From an uncultured Methanomassiliicoccales archaeon (GTDB taxonomy: Archaea; Thermoplasmatota; Thermoplasmata; Methanomassiliicoccales; Methanomethylophilaceae): DNA of 36,056 bases. The position numbers and the translations under genes are program-made. Numbering within the stretch: the first letter of the stretch is position 1; every line of letters starts with the position of its first letter. Positions 25,818 through 32,116 of the stretch are shown piece after piece. The stretch lies in NCBI GenBank assembly GCA_964464345.1, contig CAYXFQ010000001.1, positions 1 to 36,056 on the forward strand, in the 5' to 3' direction. The notes beneath the pieces are model-generated. The model had not been told where the DNA came from, did no database searches, and worked only from the letters and a program-made list of their open reading frames with translations.

Positions 25818-26126
25818 ATGCAGGTTAAACAAGTATCGAGCACTAGCTTCAGCTATGGGCGCAGATTCCGCTGCGGAGATCAGGAGGGCAGCCTGTTGAA
25901 CTCCTCCGCTCACCATCAGATATTCCCGATGGGCAAGGTCTCCAAGGTATACTGCGACTGCGGAGCCATAGTAGACCTGGACCGCGCCTCCACTTGTCTG
26001 AAACACGCCTTGGGAAAGAAAATCGAGTGTATGGGTTGCCGCAACATGCGGATCGCCGCCGACATCGATCTTCTCAACCAGCATTTCTCCGGTGAGCAGG
26101 AAGAAGACCCCTGGCTCACGGTCTGA
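25818..26126 (+). CDS. Hypothetical small Cys-rich protein (102 aa; or 65 aa from ATG 25929)
   Basis: Third-position G+C in this frame is about 74% by hand count over the last 65 codons, against about 58% for the overlapping minus-strand ORF. Cys pattern CDC-x11-C-x9-CxxC. I recognise no family. Confidence 0.35.
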   Translation: MQVKQVSSTSFSYGRRFRCGDQEGSLLNSSAHHQIFPMGKVSKVYCDCGAIVDLDRASTCLKHALGKKIECMGCRNMRIAADIDLLNQHFSGEQEEDPWLTV

Positions 26127-26281
26127 ACCCCTCCTTTCTTCGTTGTAAAAAATGACCATTCATCAGCCGTGGCTGATGCTGGCCAACTCTCCATCTGTCA
26201 CATTTCCGATGGAGGGAAATCGATTAAGCTTGTCTTCCCGATTTGAAATTTAATATTATAGTTACAATTCAAGGCTGATTC

Positions 26282-26290
26282 TTTTATATT
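26282..26290 (+). promoter_or_regulatory. TATA box (TTTTATATT) plus GGAGG Shine-Dalgarno (26320-26324) for the LRR surface-protein gene
   Basis: An AT-rich box lies 43 nt upstream of ATG 26333. GGAGG lies 8 nt upstream of the ATG. Confidence 0.45.
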
Positions 26291-26332
26291 CGCATAGGTT
26301 GATAACAGTGTTTAACAGCGGAGGCGCTTCAA

Positions 26333-26845
26333 ATGAAGAGGAAGTTTATAAGTGCGTTCATCTGCGCCCTACTGGCGCTCACCGTAGTCACAGCCCTGCC
26401 TCCGATGACGGAGAGCGTGGCCGCAGAGGATTATAATGGATTTCAGATCGAGAGGAAGCCGGGTGAAATTTGGATAAAATCCGGCCCTGGCGGCGATGTA
26501 ACCATTCCTGATGAGATTGATGGGCTGCCAGTCACGAGGATTTTGGCTAACGCATGGGAAAACAGTCTCGACATCACCTCTCTCGTAGTTCCAAGCTCTG
26601 TAGGGTTGATTGGAAACTATGCCTTCCACGGATGCACATCACTGAAGTCCGTCGTCGTGCATGGCGATGACTTAAAGCTCAACAACAATGCCTTCCGAGG
26701 ATGCACAGAGTTGGAATCCTTCGTCTTCACCACAGGCATGGCGAATTCCCTCGGTTCCAGCATCTTCGCAGGCTGCAGCTCTCTAGTGGAGTTTGACATC
26801 CCCCTCGGTGCAACCTCCATTGGAGACTATTTCTTTGACGGCTGA
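26333..26845 (+). CDS. N-terminal fragment of BspA-type leucine-rich-repeat surface protein (signal peptide + LRRs), ended by a frame break
   Basis: MKRKFISAFICALLALTVVTALPP signal-peptide-like N-terminus. LRR_5-type repeats (IGNYAFHGCTSLKSVVV, NNAFRGCTELESFVF, SSIFAGCSSLVEFDIP). It ends mid-repeat at IGDYFFDG-TGA. Confidence 0.8.
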   Translation: MKRKFISAFICALLALTVVTALPPMTESVAAEDYNGFQIERKPGEIWIKSGPGGDVTIPDEIDGLPVTRILANAWENSLDITSLVVPSSVGLIGNYAFHGCTSLKSVVVHGDDLKLNNNAFRGCTELESFVFTTGMANSLGSSIFAGCSSLVEFDIPLGATSIGDYFFDG

Positions 26846-26941
26846 CCTCCCTGACATCTGTCACCATGCCTGAGGACTGCCAACGTGGAGGTATCCTTCA
26901 CGAAGGGCTGACCTCCCTGACATCTGTCACCATGCCTGAGG
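26840..26941 (+). repeat. Perfect 36-nt direct repeat, two copies offset by 66 nt (one LRR unit)
   Basis: GGCTGACCTCCCTGACATCTGTCACCATGCCTGAGG occurs at 26840-26875 and 26906-26941, checked base by base. Confidence 0.95.
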
Positions 26942-29900
26942 GCGTGATTGGTATCGGTAACTATGCACTTCGCTCCACTGGGATTGAGTCCATAGTGCTT
27001 CCTAGCACTTTGAGCTCTATGGGCTCCCATGTCTTCCGTGAGTCCGATTTAACCACAATCTCCATTCCCGATGGCATTGTTGAAATTGGGCCCCACGCCT
27101 TCCGCGACTGCGATAGGCTTGAGTCAATATCAATCCCAGAGAGCGTGACCACTCTTGGGATCAACGCCTTCGATGGATGCACTTCCCTGGAAGCCATCAC
27201 CATCCCAGGAGACCTGACGTCGATTCCATCCAGCGCGTTCTATGGCTGCAGCTCACTTACGACAGTCAACCTTCCCGATACTGTGACATCCATCGGGAAC
27301 AGCGCCCTCTATGGATGCACTTCCCTGGCATCAATAGACCTCCCTGTGAGCCTAGAGTCCATTGGTTCCAATGCTTTCCAGGGATGCAGCATCCTGGAGT
27401 CAATCACAATTCCCGACACTGTCACCAACATTGGCAGGTTTGCCTTCAACGGCTGTCCGTCCACCATGGGCATCTACTTCGATGGGAATGCACCCAGCGT
27501 GGATGACAAGCTCTCCAACACCGCTGCCATCACCGCATGGTGGTACGAGGGCAAGACTGGATTCAACGACGGACCGTGGATGGGAATAACCGGCAGGATG
27601 ATCTCGCCCCCTGGCCCTCCTGCCGCCCTGACTCTGCTGCCTCACTATGGCGGAGTGGGTCTGACGTGGGAGGCTCCCGACTACAACGGTGGCTTTGACC
27701 CCTACGAGTATGAGGTGCTCGTCGGCGCCATCGTCAAGGACACGGTCACTGGGACCAGCGCCGAGCTCTCCCTGGACCCGGGAAGCTACAGCATATCCGT
27801 CCGGGCCATAAGCCAGATTGGCACTGGAGACGAGGCCTCCGCGACCATCAATCTCAACCGTGACCTGGCCATCATCATCCCTACGACAGCGGACACTCTG
27901 CGTCCCGGGGACGTCAGCATCGAATGGTCCTACGCTGAGAACGAAGACATCATCGACCGCTTCGAACTGTATATAGACGGCAATTTCGAGGAAGATTTCG
28001 ACACTGAGACTACGACTCATGACGTCCTGCTCAAGGTTGGCGTTTACGTAGTCGAGATCAGGGCCTTCGACGGCCTTGGCGGCCACATCTCGGCGCAGGT
28101 CAGCATTGATGTCAACGCTGACTACGAAGACGGAGCCTATCAGTACACGTTGAGCGGCGATATGGGTGATGGCCCCGCCATCATCACCGGCTACAGCGGC
28201 CTCGGAGGAGAGGTCATTGTCCCGGACACTCTGGGCGGCCAACCGGTCGAGAAGATTGCCACGAGCGCGTTCCAGGGAAATGAAGACATCACCAGGGTCT
28301 TCATCCCCGCCACCGTTGAGGACATAGGGAATGGGGCGTTCTCCGCTTGCGACAGTCTGACCGACGTAATCTTCTTGGGAGATGCCCCCGACGTCTCCGG
28401 CGATCTGCTGTCGGGTGACAGTGACCTCAGGGCCTGGTATGTCCAAGGCGCCAGCAAGTTCACATCGCCCAACTGGGCGGGCGTGAGATGCGAGGTGCTG
28501 GTTCCTGCCACTCCCTTCCAGAACCTCGTCCTGAAGCCTCTCTATGGAGGCGTGGAGCTGAGCTGGGAGGCACCTGTCGACTCTGGATCGCCGGTGTATG
28601 ACGGATATGTGGTCTTCGTCGACGGCAATGTCGTGAACGACGCGATCCATCTGACAGACAGCTCATGCCGGGTCATCCTGGGAGCAGCAGAATACAGCAT
28701 ATCGGTCGCAGCTGGCAACGAGTACAACTATGGAGAGGAAGCCTCGGCGACAATTGACCTCAGCTATGCCTTGGAGATCACCAGTCCTGCTGTGGAAGAC
28801 CTCCTGCGTCCGGGTCCCGTCACCATCGAATGGAGCTACAGTGAGTCTTCCGACATCATCGAGAGATTCCAGCTCGTCTTTGATGGTGTGGAAATCGATC
28901 TGGGCTCCAGTCTCCGATCGCACGAGGTTCCCCTGGCGGTGGGCAGCCGTGATGTCAGAATCATAGCCTACGATGCCAACGACAACGCCGTTGACGACCA
29001 GAGGGTCTACCTCATCATTGCCGACTACGATGACGGAACCTATCAATACACCCTGAGCGGTGATTTCGGTGATGGTCCTGCGATCATCACCGGCTACAGC
29101 GGGACCGGGGGCGAGGTCATCGTCCCGGGCACTCTGGGCGGCCAACCTGTCGAAGTGATCGCTGCAGGCGCATTCTGTGGGAATCTAGAGATTGTCGTAC
29201 TCGTCATACCCGCCAGCGTGAAGACCATCGGCGAGGAGGCGTTCTCCGGCTGCGATGCCGTCGAAAATATCTTCTTCGAGGGAAACGCACCCGCTGTGGG
29301 GAATGACATACTGGCAGTTGGCAGCAGTATGACGGCCTGGTACTATGAGGGCGCGGAAGGATTCGACTCTCCGACGTGGATGGGCGTGGAATGCATAATG
29401 CTCATTCACATGTCTGCTCCGCAGGACCTCACCCTGACTCCGTTCTATGGTGGGATAGACATCACCTGGAGCGCACCTGCGAGCAGCGGGGTGCCCGAGT
29501 TCGAGGGCTATGTGCTCTTCGTCAACGGCGAGCAGGAGGCCGTGCTGACGGAGACTTCCCTCCGTCTCTTGCTGGAACAGGGAGTGTACAGCATAGATGT
29601 CCGTGCCTACAGCAAGTTCGGCCAGGGGCCAGCGGCCTCTCACGTGATCGATTTCAGCTATGGTTTGACCATCGTCAGCCACACCAAATTCGACATCCTG
29701 CGCCCGGTGACGATAAGCATCAAGTGGAATTACAGCGAAGGCGCCGCCATAGCCGATCACCTCCTGGTGATCGTGGATGGAGTGGAGACCCAGCTGGGGA
29801 GCGATGCGAGTTCCTTCGACATCCTCAAGCCAGTGGGCGGATACGACTTTGAGATCCGGGCTGTCGACATCCATGGCAACTCCATAAGCGATGAGCTGTT

Positions 29901-30525
29901 CCTCTTCATACGTGCTGACTATGACACTGGAATCTACCAGTACACCATGAGTGGAGAGTACGGCAACGGTCCTGCGATCATCACCGGCTACACCGGGCCT
30001 GGGGGCGAGGTCACAATACCCAGCACCCTTGGCGGCAAGAGTGTCGCAACCATCGCAGATGATGCCTTCCGCGGGAATGCCGAGATAACCAAGATCACCA
30101 TCCCCGACAGCGTGAAGGTCGTTGGCGACGGAGCCTTCGCAGACTGTCTGGCTCTTGAGTCCGTGCACATCGGCAATGGCCTAGAGCAGATGGGGGCGGG
30201 AGTCTTCGACGGCGACATCAGCCTGAGGTCCATCACATTCGATGGGGATGCCCCCCCAGTCGATGGAGACCTCCTCTCCGACGAGGAGGGCTTCACCGTC
30301 TTCTACTACGAGGGAGCGGAGGGATTCGCCTCCGTGTGGGCCGGTGCCCCCACTGAGATGATATCCCCCGAGGGCGAGCTCAGCCCACTGCTCATCGCCG
30401 GGGCCGCCGTGGCGGCTCTGGGCCTGGTCGCCGCAGTTGGCTACACAGTGCTGAGGAGGCGCAAGGCTGCCAAGCCCTCCGATGTCGATGGAGGTGAGGG
30501 AGCAGAGGACGAAGTGGAGGAATAA
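26866..30525 (+). CDS. Main body of BspA-type LRR / FN3-like modular cell-surface protein with C-terminal TM anchor
   Basis: The frame is open from 26839 and reads LTSLTSVTMPE from 26842, continuing the LRR interrupted in the upstream ORF. It holds about 8 further LRRs and then three about 300-aa supermodules. It ends with LSPLLIAGAAVAALGLVAAVGYTVL-RRRK plus an acidic tail. TAA stop. Confidence 0.85.
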   Translation: MPEDCQRGGILHEGLTSLTSVTMPEGVIGIGNYALRSTGIESIVLPSTLSSMGSHVFRESDLTTISIPDGIVEIGPHAFRDCDRLESISIPESVTTLGINAFDGCTSLEAITIPGDLTSIPSSAFYGCSSLTTVNLPDTVTSIGNSALYGCTSLASIDLPVSLESIGSNAFQGCSILESITIPDTVTNIGRFAFNGCPSTMGIYFDGNAPSVDDKLSNTAAITAWWYEGKTGFNDGPWMGITGRMISPPGPPAALTLLPHYGGVGLTWEAPDYNGGFDPYEYEVLVGAIVKDTVTGTSAELSLDPGSYSISVRAISQIGTGDEASATINLNRDLAIIIPTTADTLRPGDVSIEWSYAENEDIIDRFELYIDGNFEEDFDTETTTHDVLLKVGVYVVEIRAFDGLGGHISAQVSIDVNADYEDGAYQYTLSGDMGDGPAIITGYSGLGGEVIVPDTLGGQPVEKIATSAFQGNEDITRVFIPATVEDIGNGAFSACDSLTDVIFLGDAPDVSGDLLSGDSDLRAWYVQGASKFTSPNWAGVRCEVLVPATPFQNLVLKPLYGGVELSWEAPVDSGSPVYDGYVVFVDGNVVNDAIHLTDSSCRVILGAAEYSISVAAGNEYNYGEEASATIDLSYALEITSPAVEDLLRPGPVTIEWSYSESSDIIERFQLVFDGVEIDLGSSLRSHEVPLAVGSRDVRIIAYDANDNAVDDQRVYLIIADYDDGTYQYTLSGDFGDGPAIITGYSGTGGEVIVPGTLGGQPVEVIAAGAFCGNLEIVVLVIPASVKTIGEEAFSGCDAVENIFFEGNAPAVGNDILAVGSSMTAWYYEGAEGFDSPTWMGVECIMLIHMSAPQDLTLTPFYGGIDITWSAPASSGVPEFEGYVLFVNGEQEAVLTETSLRLLLEQGVYSIDVRAYSKFGQGPAASHVIDFSYGLTIVSHTKFDILRPVTISIKWNYSEGAAIADHLLVIVDGVETQLGSDASSFDILKPVGGYDFEIRAVDIHGNSISDELFLFIRADYDTGIYQYTMSGEYGNGPAIITGYTGPGGEVTIPSTLGGKSVATIADDAFRGNAEITKITIPDSVKVVGDGAFADCLALESVHIGNGLEQMGAGVFDGDISLRSITFDGDAPPVDGDLLSDEEGFTVFYYEGAEGFASVWAGAPTEMISPEGELSPLLIAGAAVAALGLVAAVGYTVLRRRKAAKPSDVDGGEGAEDEVEE
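27607..30366 (+). repeat. Three tandem coding supermodules of 897, 903 and about 960 nt inside the LRR protein gene
   Basis: Units start at about 27607, 28504 and 29407. The in-frame anchor TAT of the L/F-YGG motif is at 27646, 28543 and 29446 (offsets 897 and 903 nt). The most conserved block is YQYT(L/M)SG..G.GPAIITGY.G.GGEV..P.TLGG. Confidence 0.85.
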
Positions 30526-30670
30526 GATAGCCAGCATCGCCCCTCTCGCTGGCCCTGTCCGGCGATGGGGGTGCCTCCCAGAGCATTCTCCCGGAACGCT
30601 GCCCAGGTAGCGTCTCCGGGAGCCAGACTGCGTCATCAAGGCCGGCCCAGGCAATCCTCCCTCATGAAAA

Positions 30671-30678
30671 GCTATAAT
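30671..30678 (+). promoter_or_regulatory. TATA box (GCTATAAT) for a small leaderless ORF
   Basis: 24 nt upstream of ATG 30702. Confidence 0.4.
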
Positions 30679-30701
30679 CGATGTTGTCGATGTCGAGGCA
30701 C

Positions 30702-30875
30702 ATGAAGCGTAAGGGTATCTTTGGCCAGAGGATGATTCCGGACTCCGAGTTCTATCAGCACTTCTTCGACACCAAGGCGGAGGAGCTCGCTCTCGAGAAG
30801 CGCAAGGTCGAGGCTCTGGAATCCATAGCAAAGACTCTGGAGACGTTCTCCGCCAAGTATCTCCCCAAGAAGTGA
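30702..30875 (+). CDS. Hypothetical small protein (57 aa), predicted helical/coiled-coil
   Basis: MKRKGIFGQRMIPDSEFYQHFFDTKAEELALEKRKVEALESIAKTLETFSAKYLPKK. Third-position G+C is high and the TATA spacing is leaderless. The ORF track starts it at ATG 30681. Confidence 0.5.
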   Translation: MKRKGIFGQRMIPDSEFYQHFFDTKAEELALEKRKVEALESIAKTLETFSAKYLPKK

Positions 30876-31030
30876 GATCGCGGCGAGTCTGCGCCACCCC
30901 TGCCTCAATAAATGATCGAAAGGTCAAGGGCCACTGCATATTAGGCGGAGCCATCCAGTCTCCATATCGTCAGTCCCTTAGTACACTGGCAAACGTCGTA
31001 AGACAAACGTTATCAACATCAGTGGTGATT

Positions 31031-31049
31031 CTCGGAACCTGTTTCCGAG
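31031..31049 (+). promoter_or_regulatory. 7-bp stem hairpin immediately 5' of the Shine-Dalgarno of the CobW-like gene
   Basis: CTCGGAA-CCTGT-TTCCGAG followed by AGGTG and ATG 31059. Confidence 0.3.
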
Positions 31050-31058
31050 AGGTGTTCC

Positions 31059-31658
31059 ATGCGTTTGCTGATAGTGTCTGGTTTGTTGGGGGTCGGCAAG
31101 ACCTCGGTCATCATAGATGTCCTCAGGCGTCTGAACGAGGACTACGGAATGAGGATAGCCGTGGTCGAGAACGACATCGGCAAGAAAGGAATCGACAGCA
31201 CCGTCCTGGAACGCTACGGCCTGGAGGTCAAGGATCTCCAGGGAGGATGCATCTGCTGCACCCTCAAGGACGGCCTGGTCAACACCCTCCGCCTCCTGGA
31301 GATCAACATGGATCCCGACATGGTCATCGTCGAGCCCACCGGCATCGCCGATCCCGAGTACATCATCGTCGGGGTGGAGGACGTCTCCGGCATAACCCTT
31401 GACGATGTCAAGGTCATCATCGTCATCGACGCGGAGCGCTTCCTCAAGATCAGGAAGATGTTCGAGCGCCCCCTCAAGAACCAGATCGATGTGGCGGACC
31501 TGGTCCTCATAAACAAGATGGACACCGTCAGCGAGGCAGAGCTGGAGGAGATCGAGGGCTACGTCCGCGAGCTCGGCTTCGAGGGCCCGGTCTTCCCGGT
31601 GCAGGCGGAGGAAGGCGTCAACATGGAGAAGGTCCCCAGCCTGCTGGTGGGAGAATGA
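31059..31658 (+). CDS. G3E-family P-loop GTPase, COG0523/CobW-like N-terminal (GTPase) domain only
   Basis: Walker A GLLGVGKTS, the metal-binding CxCC motif GGCICCT, switch VEPTGIADP, and NKxD as INKMD. At 199 aa it lacks the usual C-terminal domain. Confidence 0.85.
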   Translation: MRLLIVSGLLGVGKTSVIIDVLRRLNEDYGMRIAVVENDIGKKGIDSTVLERYGLEVKDLQGGCICCTLKDGLVNTLRLLEINMDPDMVIVEPTGIADPEYIIVGVEDVSGITLDDVKVIIVIDAERFLKIRKMFERPLKNQIDVADLVLINKMDTVSEAELEEIEGYVRELGFEGPVFPVQAEEGVNMEKVPSLLVGE

Positions 31659-32116
31659 CCTTCGACGAGGACTATCAGCCCGCCGCGTTGACCTTCGAGG
31701 CCAACGGCCGCATGGATCCCGCCATGAGCGCCGAGGACGCCACCGCCCTCTTCAACGGGATAATAGGCGACCTCACCCGCGCCAGCGCCAAGGCCGGCGC
31801 CTGGATGATCGGCCACGTGAAGGCGGTTCTGGTCGCCGAGCCCGGCGGCATGCTGACCATCAGCTCAACCACCGAGGACGGCAAGGTGCGGAACCGGGAG
31901 AAGCTCGATGGCCCCGTGGAGGGCTACGCCTTCCGGGCCAACGTCATCGTCTACGGGATCAGCGAGGAGCAGGTCCTGGAGGTATCCAGGGACTATCTGC
32001 GGGAGGCCCTCCCGCAAGCTAGCATACAGATGATCGGAGAGGATTGCGAGGACCCGGAATGCAACGATCCGGACTGCCACGACCCCTCTCACCGCGTCAT
32101 AATCCCTATTTCTTGA
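31655..32116 (+). CDS. Hypothetical protein, possible detached CobW C-terminal-like domain with a Cys/His/Asp-rich tail
   Basis: ATGA overlap with the upstream GTPase gene (31655-31658). GHVKAVLVAEPGGMLTISS...ANVIVYGISEEQVLEV resembles the CobW_C beta-rich pattern. The tail CEDPECNDPDCHDPSH is three C-x-D-P-x units followed by His. Confidence 0.55.
   Translation: MTFDEDYQPAALTFEANGRMDPAMSAEDATALFNGIIGDLTRASAKAGAWMIGHVKAVLVAEPGGMLTISSTTEDGKVRNREKLDGPVEGYAFRANVIVYGISEEQVLEVSRDYLREALPQASIQMIGEDCEDPECNDPDCHDPSHRVIIPIS

Noticed and set aside
25800-26159. 119-aa minus-strand ORF overlapping the small Cys-rich plus-strand ORF
   Set aside because: The hand-counted third-position G+C is about 58%, against about 74% for the plus-strand frame. 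It has no motifs. I preferred the plus strand, but with low confidence.
25659-26332. tRNA, C/D-box sRNA or other known ncRNA in the long spacers (also 30526-31058)
   Set aside because: I found no cloverleaf-compatible arms or T-loop (GTTCRANYC). There are no properly spaced C (RUGAUGA) and D (CUGA) boxes. Only generic hairpins are present.
27400-30168. Long minus-strand ORFs (27400-28650, 28663-29145 and 29185-30168) inside the LRR gene
   Set aside because: The plus-strand frame shows coherent LRR/FN3-like repeats, a signal peptide and a TM anchor. The minus-strand translations are featureless, and their periodicity merely mirrors the plus-strand repeats.
26333-30525. Possibility that the periodic repeats are a CRISPR array or mobile-element remnants
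   Set aside because: The repeat units are 66 nt (LRR) and about 900 nt (supermodules). They are in frame, coding and diverged. There is no short-repeat/unique-spacer structure and no transposase or terminal inverted repeats.
30181-30954. 257-aa minus-strand ORF spanning the adhesin 3' end, the spacer and the 57-aa ORF
   Set aside because: It crosses a stop codon region, a TATA box and a better-supported plus-strand ORF. The product is Arg/Pro/Ser/Gly-rich and looks non-protein-like.
30872-31402. 176-aa plus-strand ORF overlapping the start of the CobW-like gene in another frame
   Set aside because: The product is Arg/Gly/His-rich low complexity. The overlapping frame contains perfect G3E GTPase motifs.
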